DNA of 64,000 nt, taken from NCBI GenBank assembly GCA_947176375.1, contig CAMWQM010000006.1, forward strand, positions 13,531 to 77,530, in the 5' to 3' direction. The position numbers were made by a program, and so were the translations under genes. Position 1 is the stretch's first letter. Each line of letters opens with the position of its first letter. Shown here piece after piece: positions 21,280 to 31,516 of this stretch. This DNA comes from an uncultured Helicobacteraceae bacterium. Lineage in GTDB: Bacteria; Campylobacterota; Campylobacteria; Campylobacterales; Helicobacteraceae. Under the pieces are notes generated by a model. That model worked only from the letters and a program-made list of their open reading frames with translations. It made no database searches and was not told the DNA's origin.

Positions 21280-23193
21280 ATGACAAAATATATTACAACC
21301 CCAATTTATTATGTAAATGATATTCCACATATCGGACACGCTTACACTACGATTTTATGCGATATGTTTAAGAAATACCAGATTCTAAAGGGAAATGAAT
21401 GTATCTTACTCACAGGGACAGATGAGCATGGGCAAAAGATTGAGAATTCTGCAAAGCTGAAAAATATAGATATTAAAGCCTATGCAGATGAGATAAGCTC
21501 TACTTTTCGCTCACTTTGGGATAGCTTTGATATAGCTTATGATTACTATGTGCGCACAACGGATGATTATCATAGTGTAGGCGTTAAGAGAGCTTTTGAG
21601 ATTATGTTTGAAAAAGGAGATATTTATAAGGGCTATTATGAGGGGAATTACTGCATAAGTTGCGAGACTTTTTTTACCAAACGACAGCTAGTTGATGAGC
21701 TTCATTGCCCTGATTGTGGTAAGAGAACTTCGCCGCTTAAAGAAGAAAGCTATTTTTTTAGATTAAGCAAATATGAAGATAGATTGCTTGAATGGTATAA
21801 GGAGAATCCAAATGTGATTTTGCCGCTGCATAAGAAAAATGAGGTAATTAAATTTATCGAAAATGGCTTAAGTGATTTATCTATAACTCGTAGCACTTTT
21901 AAGTGGGGCATTGAGATTCCTAGTTGTGTAAATGATGAAAAGCATATCATTTATGTTTGGCTTGATGCGCTTCTTAGCTATATCACGCCTCTTGGTTTTG
22001 GAAATGATAAGCCAAATAGAATGGAAATTTTTAGCGATGCTACACATTTTGTTGGTAAGGATATTTTGAGATTCCACGCGATTTATTGGCCTGTATTTTT
22101 GATGAGTCTTGAACTTCCGCTTCCAAAGCATATTTTTGTGCATGGTTGGTGGATTAGGGATGGTATAAAAATGAGTAAGAGTATTGGTAATGTGATTAAT
22201 CCTAAAGATGTCGCAGAGGCTTATGGGACAGATATTATGCGATATTTTCTTATAAGGGAAGTGCCTTTTGGACAAGATGGGGACTTTAATCAAAAAGCAT
22301 TAATAGAGCGAAGTAATGCGGAATTAAGCGATAGTTTAGGGAATCTGCTAAATAGATTGCTTGGAATGAGTGAGAAATATTTTAATCTAAAGATAAAATC
22401 TAGTAATTTTTCTTATTTACAAAATGAGATTAATGAAGTGGAAAAAATTATTGATTCGCTAGATTTTTATATGGAGAATATGACGCCAAATAGGTATTTA
22501 GAGGAGCTTTGGAAAATTTTTAATATAGCAAATATAAGCATTACAAAATACGCACCTTGGGAAATGATGAAACATAATAAGAGTGATGAAGTGGCTTCCT
22601 TGCTTGTGTTTATCGCAAATATTTTGGCAAAAGGTGCTTTAATGCTTTATCCTATCATTCCGAATGCCTCATCAAAGCTAATGAATGCACTTGGTATCAC
22701 TAAAGATGATTTTACAAATTTAATTACAAAAAATAATTTGTTAACCTCATTTGCTTTAGAGAAGATTCCACCACTTTTTCCAAAAATAGAATCTCCTAAA
22801 ATGCAAGATAATGTCCTTAAAAATTTACCCACAAATACACAAAATATTACAAAAGATTTAAAAGAAGAGGTAAATATAAAGCAATTTGAAAAGCTTGATA
22901 TTAGGGTAGGTAGAGTGATAGAAGCAAAGAATGTAGAAAATTCTACTAAACTTTTGGTCTTAAAAATTGACTTTGGGAATCTTGGAGTAAGGCAGATTGT
23001 ATCAGGGATTGCAAAGTTTTATAAGATAGAATTGCTTGAGAATACTTTAGTTTGTGCAATTATTAATCTTAAGCCTAGTAAGATTTTAGGGGTGTTGAGT
23101 GAGGGTATGATTTTAAGTGCTAGTAGTGAGGATGGGAAACTTACTTTAATAAGCCCAAAAGATGAAGCAGAAGTCGGAAGCAAGGTTAGCTAA
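21280..23193 (+). CDS. metG: Methionine--tRNA ligase with C-terminal tRNA-binding (EMAP-like) domain
   Basis: 637 aa with HIGH (IPHIGHAYT), KMSKS (KMSKSIGN) and the zinc knuckle CISC...CPDC. The C-terminal region reads LDIRVGRVIEAKNVENSTKLLVLKIDFG. Confidence 0.95.
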   Translation: MTKYITTPIYYVNDIPHIGHAYTTILCDMFKKYQILKGNECILLTGTDEHGQKIENSAKLKNIDIKAYADEISSTFRSLWDSFDIAYDYYVRTTDDYHSVGVKRAFEIMFEKGDIYKGYYEGNYCISCETFFTKRQLVDELHCPDCGKRTSPLKEESYFFRLSKYEDRLLEWYKENPNVILPLHKKNEVIKFIENGLSDLSITRSTFKWGIEIPSCVNDEKHIIYVWLDALLSYITPLGFGNDKPNRMEIFSDATHFVGKDILRFHAIYWPVFLMSLELPLPKHIFVHGWWIRDGIKMSKSIGNVINPKDVAEAYGTDIMRYFLIREVPFGQDGDFNQKALIERSNAELSDSLGNLLNRLLGMSEKYFNLKIKSSNFSYLQNEINEVEKIIDSLDFYMENMTPNRYLEELWKIFNIANISITKYAPWEMMKHNKSDEVASLLVFIANILAKGALMLYPIIPNASSKLMNALGITKDDFTNLITKNNLLTSFALEKIPPLFPKIESPKMQDNVLKNLPTNTQNITKDLKEEVNIKQFEKLDIRVGRVIEAKNVENSTKLLVLKIDFGNLGVRQIVSGIAKFYKIELLENTLVCAIINLKPSKILGVLSEGMILSASSEDGKLTLISPKDEAEVGSKVS

Positions 23194-24160
23194 ATTGCAT
23201 TTAGAAAATTTCGTAGAGATAATTTTAGGCAGACTTTATAGCACACCATCAATTTCATTTCTAAATAATATTAGCCTAAAAGTAGAAAATATTAAAAATG
23301 GCGATATATTCATCGCTAGGAATAAAGATGATATACAACAGGCTATAATGCGTGGTGCTTATGCGATTGTTAGTGATGAGGTGGTTGAAATTAGCGATGA
23401 TGAAATAGCGTGGATTGTTGTCGATAATATTGATAATGCCATTATTAGATTCATAAAATATATAAAAATAATAAATAATATAGAGATTTATCACTTTGAT
23501 GAAGTGAGTTTTGCTCTTGCAAATAAGATTATCAAAGATAAGGAGATCAGATTTGCAAGCAGTCTTGATGAGCTACTAGATTCTATATTTCATAAGATTG
23601 TTATTATTAATTTTGAGGTTTTATTATTTGAGATTAATCATTTAGAGCGAGATAGTGAGCTTTTATTTAAGATTCTTAAGCAGACTTTATTTGAGTGCAA
23701 ATTGGAATACCAAAATCAAGTTTATAGTTTAACAATTCCCTCTATTTTCATTAGGAATCTAAATGATGTGATGTATTTTTGTGCCTCTTTGCATATCGAG
23801 TTTAATTTAAAGATTAGCGAGGGTTTATTTTTACCTATTTTTATAAATTCTTTTGCGCAAAGCGTGAAATATGGTCAATCTATGAGATTTATCTATGCTT
23901 CAAAAAATAAAAATTTAATTGATAAATTTATAGAGTTTGTATTAAGTGCTTCATGGGGCAAAACTTTGGTGCTATCAAATGTAAACATCACAAATGAAAA
24001 TATTAATAAAAAATTTGAGATTAAGAAATATAAAAATAAAAATGATTTGATGAAATATTTTTTGTTAGAGCAATTTCATTTTTTTATAGTGTATGGAATT
24101 CAAAGCAATGAAATTCTATCTATCTTAAAAGATGAAATTATTGAGCCAAATTTATTTTAA
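23162..24160 (+). CDS. Hypothetical protein with Mur-ligase-N-terminal-like region
   Basis: 332 aa. NGDIFIARNKDDIQQAIMRGAYAIVSD resembles the MurF N-terminal domain, but no P-loop is visible. The start is possibly TTG 23195, just after the metG stop. Confidence 0.5.
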   Translation: MKQKSEARLAKLHLENFVEIILGRLYSTPSISFLNNISLKVENIKNGDIFIARNKDDIQQAIMRGAYAIVSDEVVEISDDEIAWIVVDNIDNAIIRFIKYIKIINNIEIYHFDEVSFALANKIIKDKEIRFASSLDELLDSIFHKIVIINFEVLLFEINHLERDSELLFKILKQTLFECKLEYQNQVYSLTIPSIFIRNLNDVMYFCASLHIEFNLKISEGLFLPIFINSFAQSVKYGQSMRFIYASKNKNLIDKFIEFVLSASWGKTLVLSNVNITNENINKKFEIKKYKNKNDLMKYFLLEQFHFFIVYGIQSNEILSILKDEIIEPNLF

Positions 24161-24530
24161 GATTTAGATTCTTAAAGCATAAAATAAAGCAATTTGATTA
24201 TTTAGTGGATTTTAATTAAAAACTACTAAAATATTTAGTAATTAAATCTAGTTTATTTTGTATTTATCCTTATGATAATCAAAATATTTAGTATAAAAAT
24301 TATTAAAAATATGTAATTTATCACATTTGTTTCTTATTTGTTTTATTGTTGTTGCAAATTATAGTTTATAGCCTTAAGATGGGGATATGGAGTTTTTATT
24401 TTTACACTCTTGTGCTATATTAAGAAAAATAGCAAATCTTTATCATTTATTAATCTGTTTACATTAGCTCAAATATTAATTGACTTTTAATTGCTTATTT
24501 TAGTAGAATCATAACTTTGTTTTTCAAAAT

Positions 24531-24607
24531 GTCAAGGTAGCTCAGCTGGTTAGAGCGCTGGTCTCATAAGCCGGAGGTCGGGAGTTCAAGTCTCCCCCTT
24601 GACACCA
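24531..24607 (+). tRNA. tRNA with CAU anticodon (elongator Met, or lysidine-modified Ile2)
   Basis: 77 nt. The acceptor stem is GTCAAGG/CCTTGAC, with D-loop AGCTCAGCTGGTTAGAGC. The anticodon loop is CTCATAA (CAT at 24565-24567). The T-arm is GGGAGTTCAAGTCTCCC and the CCA is encoded. It is not an initiator: pair 1:72 is G:C and the anticodon stem lacks the GGG/CCC pairs. Confidence 0.9.
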
Positions 24608-24954
24608 CTTCATATTTTTCTTTAAAAAATTAATTTTAACCATCTTAGTTTTAGTTCTATTAATTTATTTTTTGGCAAATATTTTAAAAATTTTATAAGT
24701 AAAAGACTTGTTAAATAATTTTAGATAAATGGCTCGTTTGTGCTTTAAAATGGTAGTCAAGTAGATTTTAAAATTAGAATCTAATAAAACATCTTTAATA
24801 AGAATTTATTTGTTTTGCTTGTTGTGTAACACATTTGAATTAGAAATAATCCATTTAAAGAAATGTTGAATAAATAGATTATATGGTTTTCTTGGTTTTA
24901 TTGCATTTTAGAGATTCTATAATTTTAAAGCAAAAAATAGGTGAGAGTAGTAAA

Positions 24955-25452
24955 TCATTGTTCATAATTTTCTATTGATATGGTTACACCATTTGTAAGA
25001 TTTTTAAAATATATTCGCTTTGTCCCCCGCTCATAGTAGATATTTTCATTTCCATAGCTAAATTTTTGTATTATGGTCTCATCTTCTCCTAGCTCCTTAC
25101 CTCTGCCCTCGAATATATCTTTTTTTAGTAAAATCTCCTCAAGAAGTGTATCATAGCTCACATTACCAAAAAATGAGCGACTTGCGGGCCATTTTGGAGC
25201 GCAGTCATCATTGAAGCAAATTTGTTTTTCTTCTATTGTGAATCTTCCTATACTTTTACCTAGTTTAAAGACTTCTAGGCTTATATTTGGCGTGGTTCTT
25301 AAGATTCCAAAATCATAGAATTTAATATTTTGACTTTTGATTAAAATAAGTTTTAATTCGCCCTTATCAGTTTCTTCTAGATTTTCCACTTTTGGTGTAG
25401 CACAGGCACTAAAGATAATGCATATGGCTATGGCGAATTGTGCTACTTTCAT
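24955..25452 (-). CDS. Putative lipoprotein, co-transcribed downstream of the FlgP-like gene (FlgQ position)
   Basis: 165 aa with a signal peptide and lipobox IIFSAC. It starts 2 nt after the upstream gene. The functional guess rests on position only. Confidence 0.55.
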   Translation of the reverse strand: MKVAQFAIAICIIFSACATPKVENLEETDKGELKLILIKSQNIKFYDFGILRTTPNISLEVFKLGKSIGRFTIEEKQICFNDDCAPKWPASRSFFGNVSYDTLLEEILLKKDIFEGRGKELGEDETIIQKFSYGNENIYYERGTKRIYFKNLTNGVTISIENYEQ

Positions 25453-25454
25453 AT

Positions 25455-26234
25455 TTATTTATTTGATAGAATATTATGCCAGATTTTGCCATCTAGTTTT
25501 AATTCCATAGTGATTTGGCAAAGTCCATCTTTATAAACAGTCTCAATTACTTCAGCATTTTTAATCAACGCTTCAACCTTTGTTTTTACCACAGAATTAA
25601 TCAGCATCATATCACGCACTGTGTCTTGTGCATTCAATCTAATACCATACATCTTTTCACCTATTTGTCTGTAAGCATCAATTATTGCTGCCCTTTTTGC
25701 CAAAGCTAGTGCTTGAGATGGAGAAATTGTAGATTCTGGTGCCACTCCCATGCCAACAGCACTTAACTCTATGATATTATTAGGCGTTAGTATTGGTGAG
25801 TTTTGAATCATATTTGTTTCTTGTTTCTCTGTGCTTGGAGCTGGGGTGGTTGGCACAGCCTGCTCATAAGGCACTATCTCACTAGGTGCTACATAATTTG
25901 GCATATAATCGCCCCTCTGGTCTCTAATATAAATATCTACACTAGGATTATTGCTTACCTGCTCTTGTGGCATTTGCTGTGGAAACTGGCTATTTTGTAG
26001 ATTCCCTGTGATATTTGCTTCACCAACATTCAATCTGTCAATGTTCATAACCCTGTTGTTATTGTCATTTAGTAGATTCGGATTATATGGCTGATTTAGT
26101 GGCGGATACACTGGTGCTTGTATAGGAGAGTATTCCGCTGATGGTGGTATCATATTTTGGTCTTCATCTGCAAACATAGAGCAGCCTGAAAAAATCACTA
26201 TAAAACTTGAAATTATCCATATTTTGAATTTCAT
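25455..26234 (-). CDS. LPP20-domain lipoprotein, FlgP-like (flagellar basal-disk lipoprotein candidate)
   Basis: 259 aa with lipobox IFSGCS and a Pro/Gln/Asn-rich linker. The C-terminal LPP20-like domain reads ALALAKRAAIIDAYRQIGEKMYGIRLNAQDTV...VIETVYKDGLCQITMELK. A sigma54-type promoter lies upstream. Confidence 0.6.
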   Translation of the reverse strand: MKFKIWIISSFIVIFSGCSMFADEDQNMIPPSAEYSPIQAPVYPPLNQPYNPNLLNDNNNRVMNIDRLNVGEANITGNLQNSQFPQQMPQEQVSNNPSVDIYIRDQRGDYMPNYVAPSEIVPYEQAVPTTPAPSTEKQETNMIQNSPILTPNNIIELSAVGMGVAPESTISPSQALALAKRAAIIDAYRQIGEKMYGIRLNAQDTVRDMMLINSVVKTKVEALIKNAEVIETVYKDGLCQITMELKLDGKIWHNILSNK

Positions 26235-26269
26235 ATCCTTAACCTTTTTATCTAAAATTTTGGAATCCT

Positions 26270-26287
26270 AAGCAAATAGTATTCCAT
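26270..26287 (-). promoter_or_regulatory. Candidate RpoN (sigma54) -24/-12 promoter for the FlgP-like operon
   Basis: The minus strand reads ATGGAATACTATTTGCTT. GG and GC have the exact sigma54 spacing, matching the Campylobacter/Helicobacter consensus TTGGAAC-N4/5-TTGCTT. The site lies about 35 nt upstream of ATG 26234, which has an AAGGA RBS. Confidence 0.55.
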
Positions 26288-26574
26288 AAATTTGTAAATT
26301 AATAAATAGATTTGATTTAATGTATTTTAGTAAAAATAATGGTGCAATTTAGATGGAAATGTTTGTTAATTTTTGAGATAAATTTAGTTTTTACAGCTTT
26401 GTTTTATTAAAATTAAAAGATATTTTAAAGTAAATTGCAAATAGCCGTAATTATACATAAAAACATACAGATTTGGAATAAGTAGATTTGTTAAACTTGA
26501 CTAAAAATTAAGGTAAAATTTTAAGATTATTTTCTTAAGAATTATATTAGGTAAAATATATAAGGGAGAGTGTA

Positions 26575-29500
26575 ATGAAAACTTTAGGTTTTGATATAGG
26601 GATTACTAGCATTGGTTGGGCTTTTATAGAAGATGATGAACTTAAAGATTGTGGAGTTAGAATATTTACTAAAGCTGAAAATCCAAAAACAGGAGAATCT
26701 CTATCTTTGCCTAGGAAAGAAGCTAGAGGAGTAAGAAGAAGGTTAGCAAGGAGAAAACAAAGGCTAAATGAACTTAAAAAATTAATTTGTAAAGAATTTG
26801 GATTCAATCTCAAAGATTATTATAGCAATGATGGTGAATTACCCAAAGCCTACCAAACTACTAAAGACACTAAAAGCCCTTATGAGTTGCGTTATTTGGC
26901 ATTGCACCAAAGACTAGAATCTAGTGATTTAGCAAGAGTGATTTTACATATCGCAAAACATCGTGGTTATGGAAATAAACACGCTAAAAATTTAAATTAT
27001 TCTCAAAATGATGAAAATACAGAAATTAATCAAACAGAGGGTAAAAAATCAAAAAGTAAAAAAGATAAGTCTAATGAAGTTAAAAATGCTCTTAAGGTTA
27101 ATAGAAGGCTAGTAAAGAAGTATCAAAGTGTAGGAGAATATCTGTATAAAGAATTTTTTCAAATCCAAAGAAGTGATAATGAAATAATAGAGTCCTTAAA
27201 AGCAAGAGGAGATACAAGTAAAACAAAACAATTTAAAAATGTTCGCAATAAAGCAGGGAAATATGAACATTGTATGGCACAAGAATGGCTAAAAGAAGAA
27301 CTTGAACTAATTTTTACAAAACAACAAGAATTTGGAGTAAATTTAAGTGATACATTTTGTAAAGAGGTTTTAAAAACCGCCTTTTATCAACGTGATTTAA
27401 AAGATTTTAGCTCTAAAGTTGGAGAATGTATATTTTGTAAAGACGAGAAATGTTCCCCTAAAAATTCTCTTAGTGCGATGGAATTTGTAGCCCTTACTAA
27501 AATTATCAATACACTAAAAAATCTAGAAGAAAAGAATAAGAATCTTGGTATTGGTGAAGTATATGGGGAAAATAAAATAGAAGAGATTCTAAAAATCGTG
27601 CTTGATAAGGGTGTGATGAGTTATAAGAAATTGCGTGAGATTCTAGATTTGAATGAGAAAATAAGGTTTAAAGATCATAAACTTGATTATAGCAAGGATA
27701 TAAAAGAAGCTGAAAAGCGAAACTTCATTGAATTTAAAAACCTTAAAGATTTCAAAAATGCAATGGGTGAATATGATTTTAATAATCTATCCTACCGCAA
27801 AGAGCTAGATTCTATAGCAACAGATATTACCCTAATTAAGAGTAAGTATAATCTAGCAGAAAAACTAAAAGATTATCCAACTCTTACACAAAGACAAATA
27901 GAAGCTTTAAGTGAGTTAGATTTTACACAACATATTAATTTAAGCTTAAAAGCTCTAGAAAAGATTCTACCTTTTATGCGAAAAGGAGTTCGATATGATG
28001 AGGCAGTAAAAATGGCAGGGTTGCAAGAGCATAGAAAGCATAATCAAAAGAGTGAATTTTTGCCTCCACTTAAAGATTATGAGCCATATCTAGCAAATCC
28101 AGTAGTTGCAAGAGCACTAAGTGAATATCGCAAGGTGCTAAATGCTCTACTTAAAAAGTATGGGAAAATGCATAAGATTCACTTAGAATTTACACGTGAA
28201 GTGGGTAGAAACTATAAAGAGCGAAAAGAGATTGAAAAAGAGCAGACAAAGAATTTTGAATTAAATCAAAGGGCACAAAAACAATGTGAAATTCTTGGAT
28301 TGCCTCTTAGTAGTTCAAATATACTTAAAGCAAAGCTTTGGATAGAGCAAGGGGAATATTGTGCTTATAGTGGAGAAAAAATTACTAGAGAGCATTTACT
28401 AGATTCTAATGTCTTGCAAATTGACCATATTTACCCCTACTCTCGCAGTTATGATGATAGCTACAATAATAAGGTGCTTTGTTTTACAAAAGAAAATCAA
28501 AATAAGATTAATAAGACACCTTTTGAAGCATTTGGGGATGATAAAGAAAAATGGGATAAAATTCTAGCACTAGCTAGTAAGCTTCCCAAAGCAAAGAAAC
28601 GCAGAATTACAAATACTCAATTTAGCAATAAAGAAGTAGGCTTTATTGCAAGAAACCTAAATGATACAGGATATATTGCAAGATTAGCAAGTGATTGGAC
28701 AGATAATTCATTAAAATTTTTGCCCTTAAGTGAGAATGAGGTAACGATTGCAGGAGAAAAGGGTAGTAAAAAACATATAGAAGTAGTAAGTGGGAGTTTA
28801 ACTTCAATGCTTAGACATTATTGGGGACTTGGAAGTAAAGATAGGGATAATCACCTTCATCACGCAGTAGATGCAATAATTATTGCTTATACTAATGCAA
28901 AAACTATCAAGGCATTTTCAGATTTTAAAAAGACACAAGAGCAAAATAAAGCAAAGTTTTATGCTAAACAAATAGCAGAATCTGAATATAAAAAGCAAAA
29001 AGTGTTTTTTGGGCCCTGCCTTGATTTTAGAAATAAAATTTTAGCAAAAGTAGATTCTCTTTTTGTCTCAAAACCACCACGTAAAAGAGCAAGGGGTGCA
29101 TTGCACAAGGAAACTTTTCATTCCTTTAATGATGAAAAACTACTTAAAGAATATGGTGGCACACAAGGCATACAAAAAGCACTTGAACTAGGTAAAATCC
29201 GGCAAATTGGAACAAAGATTGTGAGTAATGGAGCAATGGTGCGAGTGGATATTTTTAGAGATAAAAAAGGCAAATTCTATGGTGTGCCTATTTATACTAT
29301 GGATTTTGCATTAGGAGTTTTGCCAAATAAGGCAGTAAGAGGTGGTAAAAAAGATGGCGTGATTAAAGATTGGCTTGAGATGGATTCTCAATATGAATTT
29401 TGTTTTAGCCTATTTAAAGATGATTTAATATTAGTTCAAAAAAAGGAAATGGAGAAACCTGAGTTATGTTATTTTGTAAGTTTTGACACTTCAACTGCAA

Positions 29501-29865
29501 GTATTCAGGTTGAAAAACATAATAATAAATTTGAGGGCTTGAGTGAAAATGAAAAATTACTCTACACCAATGCTACATTAAAAGAAGTGATAGGTAAAAG
29601 CATAGGCATACAAAATCTAAAAATCTTTGAAAAATATCAAGTTTCTTCACTAGGTGAGATAAAGAAAAGTATTGTATTTGATAAAGAGTATAATTGCTAT
29701 GTTTTATTTGATAAAAATGAAAATATATTAAAAGATTCTAATGATATTCTCAAAAAGCCTGCAAGAGAGCCTATCTCATTAAAATCAAGCAAAAAGAAAA
29801 CTCTACAAATTTCCACTCAAATACACTCAAACGCACAGCTAAAAGAACTTGATAGAAAAGACTAG
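26575..29865 (+). CDS. cas9: Type II-C CRISPR-associated endonuclease Cas9
   Basis: - 1096 aa.
- RuvC-I is FDIGITSIGWA.
- The arginine-rich bridge helix is RRRLARRKQRL.
- HNH is LQIDHIYPYSRSYDDSYNNKVLCFTKENQNKINKTPFEAFG.
- RuvC-III is HLHHAVDAIIIAY.
- Long stretches are near-identical to C. jejuni Cas9 as I remember it (YQSVGEYLYKE, GKIRQIG..VRVDIF, VPIYTMDFALGVLPNKAV, SIGIQNLKIFEKY). Confidence 0.95.
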   Translation: MKTLGFDIGITSIGWAFIEDDELKDCGVRIFTKAENPKTGESLSLPRKEARGVRRRLARRKQRLNELKKLICKEFGFNLKDYYSNDGELPKAYQTTKDTKSPYELRYLALHQRLESSDLARVILHIAKHRGYGNKHAKNLNYSQNDENTEINQTEGKKSKSKKDKSNEVKNALKVNRRLVKKYQSVGEYLYKEFFQIQRSDNEIIESLKARGDTSKTKQFKNVRNKAGKYEHCMAQEWLKEELELIFTKQQEFGVNLSDTFCKEVLKTAFYQRDLKDFSSKVGECIFCKDEKCSPKNSLSAMEFVALTKIINTLKNLEEKNKNLGIGEVYGENKIEEILKIVLDKGVMSYKKLREILDLNEKIRFKDHKLDYSKDIKEAEKRNFIEFKNLKDFKNAMGEYDFNNLSYRKELDSIATDITLIKSKYNLAEKLKDYPTLTQRQIEALSELDFTQHINLSLKALEKILPFMRKGVRYDEAVKMAGLQEHRKHNQKSEFLPPLKDYEPYLANPVVARALSEYRKVLNALLKKYGKMHKIHLEFTREVGRNYKERKEIEKEQTKNFELNQRAQKQCEILGLPLSSSNILKAKLWIEQGEYCAYSGEKITREHLLDSNVLQIDHIYPYSRSYDDSYNNKVLCFTKENQNKINKTPFEAFGDDKEKWDKILALASKLPKAKKRRITNTQFSNKEVGFIARNLNDTGYIARLASDWTDNSLKFLPLSENEVTIAGEKGSKKHIEVVSGSLTSMLRHYWGLGSKDRDNHLHHAVDAIIIAYTNAKTIKAFSDFKKTQEQNKAKFYAKQIAESEYKKQKVFFGPCLDFRNKILAKVDSLFVSKPPRKRARGALHKETFHSFNDEKLLKEYGGTQGIQKALELGKIRQIGTKIVSNGAMVRVDIFRDKKGKFYGVPIYTMDFALGVLPNKAVRGGKKDGVIKDWLEMDSQYEFCFSLFKDDLILVQKKEMEKPELCYFVSFDTSTASIQVEKHNNKFEGLSENEKLLYTNATLKEVIGKSIGIQNLKIFEKYQVSSLGEIKKSIVFDKEYNCYVLFDKNENILKDSNDILKKPAREPISLKSSKKKTLQISTQIHSNAQLKELDRKD

Positions 29866-29874
29866 GAAAGTAAA

Positions 29875-31230
29875 ATGTTTGATTCTCACTTTAGAACACT
29901 CTTTCTTAGCACACCAGCAAAGCTTAACTTTAAAGATAAAAGATTAATTATTTCTCTAAAAAATGAGCTAGATAATGGAGGAGAAACCACTAGTTATCCT
30001 TTAAATGGAAGCCTAAATAAAGATATAAAATATAAAGCCAAGAGCCCTCATCAAATATTGGAATCTAAAGCTACAATCTCGCATAAAATTAAATTTAATC
30101 CCTCTCTCAAAGCCCTAAATAATGTTCCACATAAATACACTAAAAATACAAATCAAGAAGCAAAAAATACTTATTGTGATACTTATAAAGATGAGATAGC
30201 AATCCCCTTAAGTGATATTTTATGTCTTATTATCGAATCTAGGCAAGTTAGCTTAAGCTCTTATTTGCTAAATGAATTAGCAAAGGAGAAAGTTTTGGTT
30301 TTTGTTTGTGATGAATTTCATTTGCCAAGTGGAATTTTCACTCCATTTTTAGGGCATTATCGCTCTTTAAGTATTTTGCAAAATCAAATCAATTTAAGCA
30401 AGCAAAAGAAAGCTATTCTTTGGCAAAAAATTATCAAGCAAAAAATCTTAAATCAAGCTAATTTGCTAGAATTTATTAAAATCAAAAAAGCTAGTGAATT
30501 GCACAGCCTTGCAAAAAGTGTGCATTTAGGGGATTCTAGTAATAATGAAGCAAAGGCAGCAGCGATTTATTTCCCTGCTTTGTTTCAATCTATTGCAAAT
30601 ATAAAAGGTTTTTCTCGCAAGATTAGTGGCTCTAAAATTTGGCAGGGTGATAGAACTAGCCCTAAAAAGCAGACTGATTTTGAGAGCCAGACTCCTAATA
30701 TCCACACTGATAGTCCTGATAACATAAATCACCCTAAGAATTTCAATTTTGATGATATTAAAAGCCTCCAAAATATAAACCTACAAGATGAGCAAATAGT
30801 GGTTATCAATGCCGCACTAAATTATGGCTATGCGATTGTGCGTGGAATGGTGGTTAGGGCGATTTGCGCAAGTGGACTAAATCCAGCGTTAGGTATCTTT
30901 CATAGTAATCAATTCAATCCCTTTAATCTTGCTGATGATTTGATGGAGCCTTATAGAATCTTTGTAGATTCCCTTGTGGCACAAATGCTAGAAAATAAAG
31001 AATTGCAAGAGAGTTTTAGCATATCAAATCGTGCTAAATTAGCAGAAATTTTAAGTGCAAGTGTGTTATTAAGTGAGGAACAAAAAATCTATCCTTTGCA
31101 TAGAGCGATAATCAAAGGTGTGCAGAGCCTATCTCGCTCTATGAGTGCAGATGTAGAGCTTATTTTGCCTGTATTTGAAGGAGAAAAATCAAATGGAAGA
31201 GAAATTTATGAGAGTGCTAGTGATGTTTGA
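29875..31230 (+). CDS. cas1: CRISPR-associated integrase Cas1, unusually long (two in-frame insertions)
   Basis: 451 aa. The conserved core is present: SNNEAKAAAIYF, INAALNYGYAIVRG, GIFHSNQFNPFNLADDLMEPYR. Extra segments are at about aa 31-106 and aa 250-305. Confidence 0.88.
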   Translation: MFDSHFRTLFLSTPAKLNFKDKRLIISLKNELDNGGETTSYPLNGSLNKDIKYKAKSPHQILESKATISHKIKFNPSLKALNNVPHKYTKNTNQEAKNTYCDTYKDEIAIPLSDILCLIIESRQVSLSSYLLNELAKEKVLVFVCDEFHLPSGIFTPFLGHYRSLSILQNQINLSKQKKAILWQKIIKQKILNQANLLEFIKIKKASELHSLAKSVHLGDSSNNEAKAAAIYFPALFQSIANIKGFSRKISGSKIWQGDRTSPKKQTDFESQTPNIHTDSPDNINHPKNFNFDDIKSLQNINLQDEQIVVINAALNYGYAIVRGMVVRAICASGLNPALGIFHSNQFNPFNLADDLMEPYRIFVDSLVAQMLENKELQESFSISNRAKLAEILSASVLLSEEQKIYPLHRAIIKGVQSLSRSMSADVELILPVFEGEKSNGREIYESASDV

Positions 31231-31516
31231 TATGCCAACAAACACGAAAGAAGATAGGAAAAACTGTATGAAATTCCGCCAAAGTCTCATCAAAGAGGGT
31301 TTTATGATGCTTCAATATAGCGTATATATGAGAATCTGTAAGGGTGTGGCAAATGCAAACTCACATTTAGATAGGCTAGATTTGATTTTACCACCAAAGG
31401 GGCATATAAGGGCATTGCTTTTAACTGAAAGACAATTTGATAATATGCGATTATTGCTAGGAAAAAGAAGTGAATGTGAAAAGTCAAACAAACCCAGACA
31501 GCTTACTTTGTTTTAG
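31193..31516 (+). CDS. cas2: CRISPR-associated endoribonuclease Cas2
   Basis: 107 aa counted from ATG 31193. MEEKFMRVLVMFDMPT is a typical type II Cas2 N-terminus, and a GGAG lies about 9 nt upstream. The gene overlaps the cas1 3' end. The track starts it at TTG 31175. Confidence 0.88.
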   Translation: MEEKFMRVLVMFDMPTNTKEDRKNCMKFRQSLIKEGFMMLQYSVYMRICKGVANANSHLDRLDLILPPKGHIRALLLTERQFDNMRLLLGKRSECEKSNKPRQLTLF

